A stretch of 64,000 bases of DNA, from positions 48,078 to 112,077 of the forward strand of contig JANNVX010000014.1 in assembly GCA_031414595.1 (NCBI GenBank), in the 5' to 3' direction. The notes beneath the pieces were generated by a model. That model did not search any database. It worked only from the letters and a program-made list of their open reading frames with translations, and was not told where the DNA came from. This DNA is from Deinococcales bacterium. Its GTDB lineage: Bacteria; Deinococcota; Deinococci; Deinococcales; JAAFIG01. Shown piece by piece: positions 38,341-48,868 of this stretch; the stretch's first letter is position 1; each line of letters begins with the position of its first letter. The position numbers and the translations under genes are program-made.

Positions 38341-38429
38341 TGTTTACCAGAAAAACAGTTTCTTGTGAAACGTTTTTGTCCTTTTTTATCTGAATACTGT
38401 TTTACAGGGAAACAGTTTCTCGTGAAACA
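38341..38429. promoter_or_regulatory. parS-like sites
   Basis: AGTTTCTTGTGAAACG (38357-38372) and AGTTTCTCGTGAAACA (38414-38429) versus consensus TGTTTCACGTGAAACA; each is preceded by a more degenerate copy. Confidence 0.75.
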
Positions 38430-38480
38430 TATTTTAAAAATAGCCAGCATCAAATTATCACTAGGGGCTAAATTCTCGAG

Positions 38481-38670
38481 TTATCCACAGATTTTTAGAG
38501 TTATCCACAATTGAACTCGAGTCTAGCCGCTATTTTTGGTGTAGTTAATCCACAGAACAAGTGGTTTAATTTTAATTTGATTCGTTAAATAAACAATACT
38601 TTATAAAATCAATCAAAATTAAATCTAAACTTACACTCTCACTAAGACCACTATCACTGGCTGTGGATAA
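38481..38670. promoter_or_regulatory. DnaA boxes and AT-rich tract upstream of dnaA
   Basis: TTATCCACA at 38481 and 38501; TGTGGATAA at 38662. Confidence 0.8.
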
Positions 38671-38689
38671 CGTAATAGAATATGGAATT

Positions 38690-40030
38690 GTGAGTGAACT
38701 TGACATTTGGGAGCAAGTAAAGGATTACGTCAAACGAAACGTGTCTGACGTGGAATACCACACTTGGTTTACCCGCATTAAACCACAAGGACTCGAGAAT
38801 GGCACTTATATTCTCGGTGTACCAAACTCTTTTGCGGCTGATTGGCTTAAACAACACTACTTAAATCTGCTCGAGGAAGCACTGCGCCACATCGGGGCAA
38901 CCAACCCGAAAATTGCTTTTAAGGTGCTGCCCAGCACCCCTGAAGCAATGCTGATGCCAGAGCCAAAAGCCAAAGGCAGCAGTCCTACCGCCATTCATGA
39001 CGACGGACGCTTAAAACTAAATGTCAAGTACACCTTTGAAAAATTTGTGATTGGACCAAATAACAATTTTGCCCATGCAGCCGCCCTAGCCGTCGCCGAA
39101 CAGCCCGGAAAAGCCTATAACCCACTTTTTATTTATGGTGGGGTCGGTTTAGGCAAAACCCATTTAATGCACGCCGTTGGGCATAGTGTGGCAGAACGCT
39201 TTCCTGATAAACGCATCGAATATATCAGCACCGAAACCTTCACCAACGAGCTAATTAACTCGATTCGTGAAGATAAAATGACCAATTTTAAGGACAGATA
39301 CCGCAGTGTGGACTTGTTAATGGTAGACGATATTCAGTTTATTGCCGGTAAAGAGCGTACCCAAGAAGAATTTTTTCACACCTTTAATGCCCTATATGAA
39401 GCAGGAAAACAAATTATTTTATCCTCTGACCGCCCTCCCAAAGATATTTTGACGCTCGAGGCAAGACTCCGAAGCCGTTTTGAATGGGGCTTAATTACTG
39501 ATATTCAAAGCCCAGAATTTGAAACCAGAGTGGCGATTTTACGCATGAATAGCGAATACCGACGGGTTTATATTCCCGACGAGGTACTGGAATTTATTGC
39601 CAAACAAGTCACCAGTAACATCCGTGAACTTGAGGGGGCATTGATGCGGGTGATTGCCTTTGCCAGTTTAAACGGGCTTGAAGGCAGTCAGGTCTCGAGG
39701 GCAATTGCCGCCAAAGCCCTCAGTAACGTCTTTACCGAAACCGAAGTCAGTCTCGAGATGCAGGATATTCTCGATACCGTAGCGCTTCATTACAGCATCC
39801 CGACCGAGAATCTAAAGTCGGCTGGTCGTGCCAAAGAAGTGGTCATGCCACGTCAAGTGGCGATGTTTATGATTCGTGAACTGACCAATCACAGTTTGCC
39901 CGAAATAGGGGCGTTTTTTGCAAGAGACCACAGCACCATCCTTTATGGAATTCAAAAGATTACTGAACAAGCCGAACAAGATAACGACCTTCAAGCCAAT
40001 ATCAGGGAGATTCGTGCCAAATTATCCTAA
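38690..40030 (+). CDS. dnaA: Chromosomal replication initiator DnaA
   Basis: [32 protein letters not shown] and RDHSTI motifs; GTG start at 38690 inferred. Confidence 0.98.
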   Translation: MSELDIWEQVKDYVKRNVSDVEYHTWFTRIKPQGLENGTYILGVPNSFAADWLKQHYLNLLEEALRHIGATNPKIAFKVLPSTPEAMLMPEPKAKGSSPTAIHDDGRLKLNVKYTFEKFVIGPNNNFAHAAALAVAEQPGKAYNPLFIYGGVGLGKTHLMHAVGHSVAERFPDKRIEYISTETFTNELINSIREDKMTNFKDRYRSVDLLMVDDIQFIAGKERTQEEFFHTFNALYEAGKQIILSSDRPPKDILTLEARLRSRFEWGLITDIQSPEFETRVAILRMNSEYRRVYIPDEVLEFIAKQVTSNIRELEGALMRVIAFASLNGLEGSQVSRAIAAKALSNVFTETEVSLEMQDILDTVALHYSIPTENLKSAGRAKEVVMPRQVAMFMIRELTNHSLPEIGAFFARDHSTILYGIQKITEQAEQDNDLQANIREIRAKLS

Positions 40031-40300
40031 GAAAATCCACCCACAGGCTGTGGATAACCCTGTTCATAACCCTGTGGATAAGCTGTGGATAAGCTGTGGA
40101 TAAGCTGTGGATAAGTGGAGACTCGGGAACACCTGTGGATAAGTGCCAAGTTGTTAGACAGTTATCCACAGGACACCCTTAAGTTATCCACAGAATTATC
40201 AACAAGCAGAATATCGTGCTAGACAATTCAAAAGCCACTTATCCACACTATCCACAGCCCCTATTACTACTACTACTATTTATATAATTTAATCTGTTAG
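40031..40300. other. oriC: oriC: DnaA box cluster plus DnaA-trio unwinding element
   Basis: Many TGTGGATAA/TTATCCACA boxes including CTGTGGATAAG x4 (40072-40115); TTATCCACA-CTATCCACA-GCCC-CTATTACTACTACTACTA (40239-40278), then an AT-rich tract. Confidence 0.92.
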
Positions 40301-40375
40301 TATTAAACCAGCGCTCCAAAAGTCTTTGAATTTCAATAAATCAAAGACCAAGCATTCAAAATCGGAGGAATCCAT

Positions 40376-41461
40376 ATGCAAGTACAAATCCCGAAAAAAC
40401 AACTCAGCGAAGCCCTCGGAATTTTAGAACGAATTGTACCCGCTCGCAGCAGCAATGCCGCCCTAACTCAATTAAAAGTTGCCATCACCCCCCAAGGCTT
40501 AGCGCTTTCTGGCACAAACTTAGAGATTGACATTGAGTATTTTCTCGAGGCACAAATTGTGGATGGACAGGATTTTGTCGTTCCCGCTCAGCTTTTTGCC
40601 CAAATCACCAAAGCTTTATCGGGAGAATTGGTCGAATTACACCTCAAGGGTTCTGAACTCACGGTTGCCAGTGGCGGCAGCACCTTCAAAGTTCAAACTG
40701 GCGACCTAAGCGCTTACCCAGAACTTCTTTTTCCCTCAGAAACGCATCTGACACTGGATGCTAAAGAATTTACCAAAAGCCTGACCAGTGTGCGTTACGC
40801 GGCGGCTGCCGAAGAATTCCGCGCTATTTTTCGTGGTGTTCAACTTGAACTCAACACCACTGGCTCGAGGGTTGTAGCAACTGATGGTTTTAGACTGGCT
40901 TACCGAAACTTTGGCGCATCAAGCACCACTGAAGCCCGTAAACTGGTGATTCCAGCCCGTAATGCCGATGAACTGATTCGGGTTCTTAAAGATGGCGAGG
41001 TGCGTCTGACTATTTCTCAAGGCACACTCTCAGTGGCATCTGACAAGGTACGAATCAATGCCAAACTGATGGACGGCGAACTCCCAGATTATGCTCGCGT
41101 CATTCCAAGCACCTCAAGTGTGACCGTGGCGGTCTCGGCGGGGGCGCTGCGTGAAGCGGTGGCTCGAGTGGCAGTGGTGGCAGACAAAAGCAGCAACAAC
41201 AAAGTTGAATTTATTGTGGCGGGTGGCAAATTGCAATTGGTGGCAGAATCCGACTTTGGACGCGCTCAGGATGTGCTTGATGTGGTACAACACGGCTCTG
41301 AACCAGCCATCACAGTTGGTTTTCGCGCCAAACAATTGACCGAAGCCTTATCGCCGATTGAAGGTGAAGTGTTAATTGGCTTGGGATTGAATGCACCAGC
41401 CAAATTCACGGCTGAATCTGACCCCGGGTACTTGGCAATTGTCAATCCGCTTCGGGTCTAA
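40376..41461 (+). CDS. dnaN: DNA polymerase III beta sliding clamp
   Basis: GTNLEI, VATDGFRLA and PDYARVIP motifs; follows dnaA. Confidence 0.97.
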   Translation: MQVQIPKKQLSEALGILERIVPARSSNAALTQLKVAITPQGLALSGTNLEIDIEYFLEAQIVDGQDFVVPAQLFAQITKALSGELVELHLKGSELTVASGGSTFKVQTGDLSAYPELLFPSETHLTLDAKEFTKSLTSVRYAAAAEEFRAIFRGVQLELNTTGSRVVATDGFRLAYRNFGASSTTEARKLVIPARNADELIRVLKDGEVRLTISQGTLSVASDKVRINAKLMDGELPDYARVIPSTSSVTVAVSAGALREAVARVAVVADKSSNNKVEFIVAGGKLQLVAESDFGRAQDVLDVVQHGSEPAITVGFRAKQLTEALSPIEGEVLIGLGLNAPAKFTAESDPGYLAIVNPLRV

Positions 41462-41465
41462 AAAG

Positions 41466-41569
41466 TTATCCACAGCTTTGGGATAACTCTGTGGATATTG
41501 TGGATAACTTTTTTAAGGCTGTGTTTGACGGCTTGAATTATCCACATAATCACAGCCCCTTGTGGACAA
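41466..41569. promoter_or_regulatory. Additional DnaA box cluster downstream of dnaN
   Basis: TTATCCACA (41466, 41538), TGTGGATAA (41499) and several one-mismatch boxes. Confidence 0.8.
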
Positions 41570-41642
41570 GTGCTAAAAAGCGAATTAAAAATTGACGATT
41601 TTTTGCCATCAATCCCACCTCAAAAGCCGTTAGATTAAACCC

Positions 41643-43343
41643 ATGACTTTTGCCGTGCCGTGGTTTTTATTGGGTTTGACCCTGATTCCGATAGTGCTGT
41701 GGCTGCATTTTATTCGTCAAGCCAAACGTCAACGAAAAGTCAGTGCTTTGTGGTTGTGGGGTGCAGAAGAAGCCCCTGAACGCCGGGCTAAGTTTAACCC
41801 AAACATCTTGCTGCTGCTGCAAATACTAACGGTCTTGTTTGCCAGTATAGGAGCTTCTGCGCCGCGTTTTACAACCGACACTCGAGAACGGGTGCTGATT
41901 TTTGACGCGGGGGCTGCCATGACTGCTAAAGATATTATTGGCGCAAATCAGACAGTCTCGAGACTTGAATCTGCCAAAGCACTGGCTAAACCTCTGCTGA
42001 ATGGTCGTGTGACGGTCATCAGGGCGGGTCTGAGCGCCACAGTCACCACCAACAGCCAAACCAACAGCCAAGCTACCCTCGAGACCCGTCAAAAGGCACT
42101 ACAAGCCTTAGCTGCTGGAGATTCGAGCAGCCAACTCGAGCCAGCCATTGCCTTAGCTTTGAGCATTTCGCCACAAGCCGAAATCGTGGTCTTTACCAGC
42201 CAAGCCGCTCCAAGCAATTTCAAAGGCACTTGGCACAGAATTCTGGGCAACGGCACAAATGTGGGGATTACGGCTTTTGCAATTCGTGGCACACAAGTGT
42301 TTGCAGCTTTTGAGAGTAACCAAAATAAACCAGTCACGGCTAAAATACGTTTGACTCGAGAAGAAAAGACAATTGCCCAAAGCGAATTAAAAATCCCAGT
42401 TCGCGGTACAGTGACTTGGACTCCTAAAGTGAGCTTGCAACCCGGAACATACAAACTCGAGTTGACCAACCCCGATGCAATGGCGCTTGACAACCAAGCC
42501 TACGCTTACCAAATTTCGAGTCGGGTGTTGGTCACGCCACCCCAAGACGATGTGCTAAAAGCGATTGTCAGTGTCCCCGGAATTCGTACTGCTGCCAGTG
42601 ACACCCCACCCAGCACGGCTCGAGGCTATGATGCAATTGTGTTGGTCGGGGCAGTACCCAGAGCTTTACCCGATGGAAATTATATTATTTTTGCGCCATT
42701 ACCTGCCAAAAACGAGAACCCTAAACTGGAACGAATCACCCGCAGCAACAGCACCGACCCAATTTTAAGATTTGTCAATCTTGAGGGTGTTCGGGTTCGG
42801 CGTTCCCCCCTAAGTCCCCCAGAACTGACAGGCGGAACTTGGACACCGATTGTGTATGTCGGCGATAAACCCCTGATTTGGCGAGGCACAGCCGCCAATG
42901 TTCGGGCTGTTTATGTGGCTACGCATCCGCTCGAGACCGAACTGAGGAAATTTCCAGCTTTTCCGGTGCTGCTTTTTAACATCATTCAAGAATACGCCAA
43001 CGCCAAAAATGTGCCACTTGGAACACGGCTCGGCACGAATATCACTTTTCAAGACAACATCGCCAGTGGTTTTACCCAAGCCTTGCTGCCCGGAGTGTAC
43101 ACCTCCGACGGCGAACGTCTGGTGGCAAACCTCGGCTCGAGCCAAGCCACACAACTCGAGACAGGGCAGTCGGTTGAGGAAAAATTAGGGACAACCCAAA
43201 AAAGTACAAATCCGAACGCTGGCACAGATAATTTTAGCCCGTGGCGTTTGCCGTTGCTACTGCTCGCATTGGTTGCCTTACTGCTCGAGGCGGCATTGCG
43301 CGGACAAGTTTATTTCTTGCCAAAATTAAGGCGGGCAGCATGA
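41643..43343 (+). CDS. BatA N-terminal / vWA-like membrane protein
   Basis: N-terminal MTF..PWFLL.L..IP...LH motif, degenerate vWA region, C-terminal TM helix. Confidence 0.75.
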   Translation: MTFAVPWFLLGLTLIPIVLWLHFIRQAKRQRKVSALWLWGAEEAPERRAKFNPNILLLLQILTVLFASIGASAPRFTTDTRERVLIFDAGAAMTAKDIIGANQTVSRLESAKALAKPLLNGRVTVIRAGLSATVTTNSQTNSQATLETRQKALQALAAGDSSSQLEPAIALALSISPQAEIVVFTSQAAPSNFKGTWHRILGNGTNVGITAFAIRGTQVFAAFESNQNKPVTAKIRLTREEKTIAQSELKIPVRGTVTWTPKVSLQPGTYKLELTNPDAMALDNQAYAYQISSRVLVTPPQDDVLKAIVSVPGIRTAASDTPPSTARGYDAIVLVGAVPRALPDGNYIIFAPLPAKNENPKLERITRSNSTDPILRFVNLEGVRVRRSPLSPPELTGGTWTPIVYVGDKPLIWRGTAANVRAVYVATHPLETELRKFPAFPVLLFNIIQEYANAKNVPLGTRLGTNITFQDNIASGFTQALLPGVYTSDGERLVANLGSSQATQLETGQSVEEKLGTTQKSTNPNAGTDNFSPWRLPLLLLALVALLLEAALRGQVYFLPKLRRAA

Positions 43344-45700
43344 ATTTGGTTTTTGAATACCCGATTTTTTTGATTTTAACAATGATTGGTTTGGTGCTTG
43401 CTCTGTGGTTTTCTAAGTTGCAAATTTTGCGTCAACCGATTCTGCTGCTTCGTACTTTGGCGATTCTCACACTGGGTCTAGCCGTGGCAAATCCACTGCT
43501 AGAGCAACGCCGTGCTGGGTTGGTGATTTTAGAAGATGTATCTGACAGTGCTGCCCGAACTAACTTGCCAAGCATCAATGCTAAAGCCAAACTTTCCTTT
43601 GCAGGTCTAGCGGGAAATGCCAGCCGCGAGAACCTCGAGCCGAACCAAACCGATATTGCCACTGCCTTGCAAACTGCCACAGCCTTACAGCCAAGTCGGA
43701 TTTTGCTGATTTCTGATGGCAACGAAACCAAAGGTGATGCGATTCAAGCCTTACCAAACATTCCTGTGGATGTACTGAAGGTTAGTAGCCGCCAAAACGC
43801 GGCTGTGGTGGATTTAATCGCTCCAGATAGCCTTGCGCCCGGGGCGACAGTGCAGACCAACGCGATTCTCGAGACCAGTCAAAAAACTTCGGTGCGAATT
43901 AAAGCCATGTTAAACGGGGTGCAACTGACCACAAAAACCATTGTGCTACCTGTTGGAAAAAGCAGCTTACCACTCGAGTTTCGTGTTCCAGACAGGGGCG
44001 GAATTTCACTCGAGGTTAGTATCGTCCCAGATTTTGCCCAACCAACCAGTGATGACCGCCGCAGCTTGGCGTTAAGTGTCAAAGCGCCGCGTGAGGTGCT
44101 GGTGATTAACGACCCAGCCATAGCCAAACTGCTTCGCGCTCAGGGGTTTAAGACCAAAGAAGGCAGCCCAAGCCTAGTGCGTGAACCACTGGCGTACAGC
44201 GCCGTGTTTGTTCGGGCAGCCGCCACCCTAACCGAAGACCAAGGTACTGCCCTGACCCGTTCACAACAAGAATTACTGCGCCGCTACATCGAAGATGGTG
44301 GTGGGGTGATGCTGACGGGCGGCGACCAGAGTTTTGGTTTGGGCGGTTGGAATCGCAGCCCGCTCGAAGCCTCGCTGCCTGTCTCGAGTGACTTACGCAC
44401 CCGCGTGGATGTGCCACTGGTTTCGATGGTGATGGTCGTAGACCGAAGTTTAAGCATGGTTGGCACGGGTGGCAGCAGCAACTCACAAAAACTGGGTTTA
44501 GCGCTCGAGGGGGTTGCCAATGTGGTTGAACTTGCCAACGAACGCGATTTTCTAGGCTTAATTGTTTTTTCTGATACGCCACAGTGGATTTTTAAGCCGA
44601 CTCGAGCCAACGAAAGCAACAAAATCCAAATGCTTCGTGCCATTGAAACCATCGAAGCGGTTGGCGGAACAATCGTTGCCCCAGCGTATTTAGAAGCGAT
44701 AGCTGCCTTGGATAATTCTCGAGCGGCGGTTAAACATATTATTATTCTGACCGACGGACAATTTGCCGATGGTGAAGGTTCAAATCCACCTAATTTTGCT
44801 GCCATTGCCAGAGCTGCTAAGCAAAAAGGCATTACCACCTCGAGTATTGGTGTGGGCGGCGATGCCGACAGCAAAAATCTTAAAATTATTTCCAATGCTG
44901 GTGGCGGACGTTATTATCAAGCCCAAGACCCCGACACCTTACCAAGAATTTTTACCACCGAAGCTCTGACTTCAAAACGCGCCTTGATACGCACCAATCA
45001 ACCCGTGACGCTACAAACCAATCCGCTTGCAAACAGTGTCTCGAGTCAACCGCCCAGAGCCGCCAAGTACATTGCCACGACCCTCAAATCCGAAGCTGAA
45101 CCAATCCTTATGGGTGCGGACCGAGAACCCGTTTTGGCAGTCTTACGCAAAGGCTTAGGACGCACTGCCGCCCTGACGATAGACTTAAACCGCCCCGATG
45201 CCCTGACCAACTGGAAAGACCTGCCCGGTTTACTTGGGACAGTTGCACGCTGGCTCGAGATTCCTGAAACACCTTATACCCTCTCGATTAGCCCAGATGC
45301 CAGTACGGTCAGTGTAGATGCAGTCGAACGCAATCAGTACCGCAATAATTTACCACTTGAGGTTCGGGTTGGCTCAAATACCATTGCTCTAAAACAAACA
45401 GCACCTGGCAAATACGAAGCCAGTTTACCCAAAAATACCGAAGGTAGCCTCGCCCTGATTTCACGCGGCATACTGCTCGAACGGCGCAGCTTAAACACCC
45501 AAAACCGCGAACTCGAGACGACTGGCGGCGAGGCAAAACTGCGCCAAATTGCCAAGAGTAGTGGTGGAAATTACTTAGAAAATTTGGACGGGTATGTGCC
45601 AGCCCAACAAATCTCGAGCCTATCCTTAGCGGCTTGGTTAGCCGTTTTAGGACTGCTGATTTTTATAGCTGAACTGGCATGGAGACGCTTTCGCAGTTAA
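43340..45700 (+). CDS. vWA-domain membrane protein
   Basis: DVSDS and DRSLSM MIDAS motifs, GGT, IILTDG; ATGA overlap with the upstream gene. Confidence 0.85.
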   Translation: MNLVFEYPIFLILTMIGLVLALWFSKLQILRQPILLLRTLAILTLGLAVANPLLEQRRAGLVILEDVSDSAARTNLPSINAKAKLSFAGLAGNASRENLEPNQTDIATALQTATALQPSRILLISDGNETKGDAIQALPNIPVDVLKVSSRQNAAVVDLIAPDSLAPGATVQTNAILETSQKTSVRIKAMLNGVQLTTKTIVLPVGKSSLPLEFRVPDRGGISLEVSIVPDFAQPTSDDRRSLALSVKAPREVLVINDPAIAKLLRAQGFKTKEGSPSLVREPLAYSAVFVRAAATLTEDQGTALTRSQQELLRRYIEDGGGVMLTGGDQSFGLGGWNRSPLEASLPVSSDLRTRVDVPLVSMVMVVDRSLSMVGTGGSSNSQKLGLALEGVANVVELANERDFLGLIVFSDTPQWIFKPTRANESNKIQMLRAIETIEAVGGTIVAPAYLEAIAALDNSRAAVKHIIILTDGQFADGEGSNPPNFAAIARAAKQKGITTSSIGVGGDADSKNLKIISNAGGGRYYQAQDPDTLPRIFTTEALTSKRALIRTNQPVTLQTNPLANSVSSQPPRAAKYIATTLKSEAEPILMGADREPVLAVLRKGLGRTAALTIDLNRPDALTNWKDLPGLLGTVARWLEIPETPYTLSISPDASTVSVDAVERNQYRNNLPLEVRVGSNTIALKQTAPGKYEASLPKNTEGSLALISRGILLERRSLNTQNRELETTGGEAKLRQIAKSSGGNYLENLDGYVPAQQISSLSLAAWLAVLGLLIFIAELAWRRFRS

Positions 45701-46800
45701 AAACTGCTGATTCGAGCGGTCAGTTTGGCAATCAAGTCGTGTTTTAAGTTCACGCCAATGCCAATGCCGCTAAGTGGTTTGGTAATACCGTTTTCCATGA
45801 TAATTTCTGGTTCGATGATGTCCTCATGCCAGTAGCGGTTACTTGGGGCGGTGTCGGATGCCATTGTAAAAGCTGACAGGGTTTGTAGTGCCACATTATG
45901 GGCGCGTCCTACACCACTCTCGAGCATTCCACCACACCATAAGTCCAGATTATTGGCTTGGCAGTAAGCGGCAATTTTGTGTGATTCCAAATGTCCGCCA
46001 ACCCGCCCAATTTTAAGGTTGATGACTTTGGCAGCCCCCATTTGCACAGCGCGGCGAACATCTCCAGCACTGTGAATCGGTTCATCCAAACAAAGTGGGG
46101 TTTGCAAACTTTTTGCCAGTGTGCCGTGGTCTATGATGTCGTCGTTCTCGAGTGGCTGCTCGATGTATTGCAGTTTGTATTGGTCGAGTTCTTGGAGCAT
46201 ATTGGTATCCTCAAGCGTATAATCCGAATTGGCATCTACCGTTAAATTCATGTTTGTACCCAAGGCGGCTCGAGCGGCTGCGACATAGGTTAAATCGCGC
46301 CCACGTCCAATTTTAAGTTTGATGCGCCTGTAGCCCAAGGCTTGTTGCTCGAGAACAAATTCGGCAAGGGCTTCGGGGCTTTTTTTGATTCCCACACTTA
46401 AACCGACGGGTAATTCGGTTTTCGTTCCGCCAATGTATTTCCAAAGCGGTGCATTGGCGGCTTTGGCAAACCAATCCCAAAGGGCGATTTCTAAACCAGC
46501 TTTGGCAAAAGGATGTCCGCGAAAAGGTTTGACCAAGGCTTGATAGTCGGCTGGGTTCTCGAGAACCTTGCCGATTACACTGGGCGCAATATAATCGTTT
46601 AGGATATGCCAAGCGGTTTCAACGGTTTCATACGAATACCCAGGGGTTTCGTTGCAACTGACCTCGCCGTAGCCCGTAATCCCACCACTCGAGACGCTGA
46701 CCAAAATAATACGGCGCTCCTGAGTGACCCCAAAACTGGTTTCAAAAGCGTGTTTCATGTCCATGCGAATTTCGCGCAGTTCAACTGATTCTATTTTCAT
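45697..46800 (-). CDS. menC: OSBS / N-acyl(succinyl)amino acid racemase (enolase superfamily)
   Basis: RIKLKI, VDAN, IEQP, LDE, NLK.GRVGG and WCGGMLESG motifs. Confidence 0.88.
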   Translation of the reverse strand: MKIESVELREIRMDMKHAFETSFGVTQERRIILVSVSSGGITGYGEVSCNETPGYSYETVETAWHILNDYIAPSVIGKVLENPADYQALVKPFRGHPFAKAGLEIALWDWFAKAANAPLWKYIGGTKTELPVGLSVGIKKSPEALAEFVLEQQALGYRRIKLKIGRGRDLTYVAAARAALGTNMNLTVDANSDYTLEDTNMLQELDQYKLQYIEQPLENDDIIDHGTLAKSLQTPLCLDEPIHSAGDVRRAVQMGAAKVINLKIGRVGGHLESHKIAAYCQANNLDLWCGGMLESGVGRAHNVALQTLSAFTMASDTAPSNRYWHEDIIEPEIIMENGITKPLSGIGIGVNLKHDLIAKLTARISSF

Positions 46801-46861
46801 ATACCCTTAGTTTACCCTACAAACTTGCAAACGTCCTCAAGTCACGGTAGCCTAGGCACAG

Positions 46862-47467
46862 ATGCGTGTTGTCCTCGCCACCAGTAACCAAGGCAAGCTA
46901 AGAGAATTCCAAGAAGCCCTATTGCCGCTTGGTTGGGAATTACTGCCGATGCCAATCGGTTTAACCATGCCAATCGAAGACGGCAGCAGCTACGAAGAAA
47001 ATGCTCTAATAAAAGCGGCGGGTATTTGTCATGCCTTAAAAACCCCGACCCTAGCCGATGATTCTGGACTCGAGGTAGAAGCCTTAAATGGCGCTCCGGG
47101 TGTCTACAGCGCTCGTTTTGGTGGATTGGTCAGCGATATGGATAGGAATTTGTATTTACTTGAAGCCATCAAAAACGTTCCCAACCCTCGAGTTGCCAAA
47201 TTTGTTTGCGTCCTGACCCTTGCTTATCCAGATGGCTATGTTGAATCGTGGCGGGCAGAATCGCACGGAGAAATCCTTGAGGGTCCACGCGGACGAGAAG
47301 GACACGGCTACGATCCACTTTTTTATGTGCCGAGCTTAGACAAAACCTATGCCCAACTGACCACAGCCGAAAAACGCAGCATTTCGCACCGAGGACAAGC
47401 CATAGATAAAATGCTGGCAGCCTACAAAGATGGCGCTCCTAAACGAGAAATCACGCGGCTTGAGTAG
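46862..47467 (+). CDS. rdgB: Non-canonical purine NTP pyrophosphatase (HAM1 family)
   Basis: ATSNQGK, ADDSGLEV, GYDPLF and SHRG motifs. Confidence 0.95.
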   Translation: MRVVLATSNQGKLREFQEALLPLGWELLPMPIGLTMPIEDGSSYEENALIKAAGICHALKTPTLADDSGLEVEALNGAPGVYSARFGGLVSDMDRNLYLLEAIKNVPNPRVAKFVCVLTLAYPDGYVESWRAESHGEILEGPRGREGHGYDPLFYVPSLDKTYAQLTTAEKRSISHRGQAIDKMLAAYKDGAPKREITRLE

Positions 47468-47471
47468 TGTT

Positions 47472-47969
47472 CTAAAACAAATACCGCTTGGCTGTGACCT
47501 CGAGAATGGTGGCAATGCTGACCCCTTCTAAAGCCACATCAGGGCAATCCAGCAACTCGAGATTTAAGTCCTGCAAAGCCCGTAAGACGGCTGGCAATCG
47601 CTCGAGTAGCGTATTGGCGGCATCTATTTGTAAACCAGCAAAACTTGTGTCGTTCATAAAAACATAGACTTGAGCGGCATCAAGTACCTCGTTGTCTAGC
47701 ACTTCACGCATCGTGCGCCCACCGACTTCGAGGTACAATCTGCCTTTACCGCCCATGCCCTCGGCTCGGTAATCCACATTGACCACACCAAGCAAATTCG
47801 TACTCTCGGGTTGCACCTCGAGTTGTTGCAACGCCAATACCAAACGCTCAAATTCGCTTGGCGTAAGACCGATGCGCTCCTTCTCGAGTTGGTTTTGCAA
47901 TGCCTGAACTGCAAATGCACTCGGACGGGTTTTGGAAATCATTTCAAGCCACTGTTTATGAGACCGCAT
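47472..47969 (-). CDS. Hypothetical protein
   Basis: 165-aa ORF with host-like codon usage. Confidence 0.65.
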   Translation of the reverse strand: MRSHKQWLEMISKTRPSAFAVQALQNQLEKERIGLTPSEFERLVLALQQLEVQPESTNLLGVVNVDYRAEGMGGKGRLYLEVGGRTMREVLDNEVLDAAQVYVFMNDTSFAGLQIDAANTLLERLPAVLRALQDLNLELLDCPDVALEGVSIATILEVTAKRYLF

Positions 47970-48024
47970 AAAAAGAGTCTACAGGCTTGACAGGAAACCT
48001 TGTCCCTTGATAGGCTTCTTGCAC

Positions 48025-48127
48025 ATGAAAGCCGTTTGCCTAAGTCTAGCTCTAAACCCTTTGAGGGTCGCGGCTTAGTTGTTTTTTTGTCCCCGCAACC
48101 CTCGAGAATCCTCGGGGGTTTTTTATT
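48025..48127 (+). promoter_or_regulatory. Leucine-responsive transcription attenuator with leader peptide MKAVCLSLALNPLRVAA
   Basis: uORF 48025-48078 with three CTA and one TTG Leu codon; antiterminator 48061-48073 pairing with 48093-48105; terminator AACCCTCGAG/CTCGGGGGTT plus T-tract; TTGACA (47987) and TAGGCT (48011) promoter. Confidence 0.8.
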
Positions 48128-48147
48128 AGTGGTACTTTGGAGATGTC

Positions 48148-48492
48148 ATGAATCAAACACAACTCAAAGAGATTGCTCAAATCATGGCAACCGCCAGTAG
48201 TGCAAATAAAATTATTCTCTTTGGCTCGAGAGCCAGGGGGGATTTTGATTCCTCGAGCGACTGGGATTTTTTATTGGTGATGCCCACAAGTTGGAATCCA
48301 AGCTGTTTAGAAGAAGAACTAGAGATAACTAGAGCATCACATAATGCCCTACTTAAACGTGGTTATGATTTTTCGACAGATATAATCCCGATGACTTATA
48401 ATGCCTTTACTACGGGCAATAATGTTTTGGCACGAATGGTTTGGCGTGAAGGGATTACTCTTTTTGAAACTCCAGAGGTAGCCTATGTCTGA
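48148..48492 (+). CDS. Minimal nucleotidyltransferase (MNT antitoxin)
   Basis: ILFGSRARGD...SDWDFL motif. Confidence 0.9.
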   Translation: MNQTQLKEIAQIMATASSANKIILFGSRARGDFDSSSDWDFLLVMPTSWNPSCLEEELEITRASHNALLKRGYDFSTDIIPMTYNAFTTGNNVLARMVWREGITLFETPEVAYV

Positions 48493-48868
48493 ACCCATTG
48501 AATGGCAGAGTTGGATTGACTATAGCGAAGAAAATTTTCAGGTTGCGATAGAAAATCAAGAAACTCGTCCTTCCACAGCAATTTTATTGGCGCATCAGGC
48601 TGTAGAAAAATACTTAAAAGCAGTTTGGATTATGCAAGAAAAACTACCAGAACGTTCACATGATCTTGTGTTGCTTCTTAAGACCATCGAACCACATTCA
48701 CCTGAAAGCCATGTAAAAGCAGCTCGAGAACTGAATTATTTCTTACCTCGAGCGAGGTATCCAAGCCAAAAATTTAAACTCACTGATACAGATGTTCAAA
48801 ATGCGATGAACTATACAAAACTATTGCGTGCCTTTGCTCGAGAACGCCTTGGTCTGGAGATGCTATGA
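48485..48868 (+). CDS. HEPN-domain protein (MNT-HEPN toxin)
   Basis: AHQAVEKYLKA, RSHDL and ARYP motifs. Confidence 0.88.
   Translation: MSEPIEWQSWIDYSEENFQVAIENQETRPSTAILLAHQAVEKYLKAVWIMQEKLPERSHDLVLLLKTIEPHSPESHVKAARELNYFLPRARYPSQKFKLTDTDVQNAMNYTKLLRAFARERLGLEML

Noticed and set aside
40072-40115. CRISPR-like or VNTR repeat
   Set aside because: The units are tandem DnaA boxes within oriC, with no spacers.
48000-48200. 66-aa ORF upstream of the MNT gene
   Set aside because: Spans the promoter and attenuator; the short Leu-rich uORF explains the region better.
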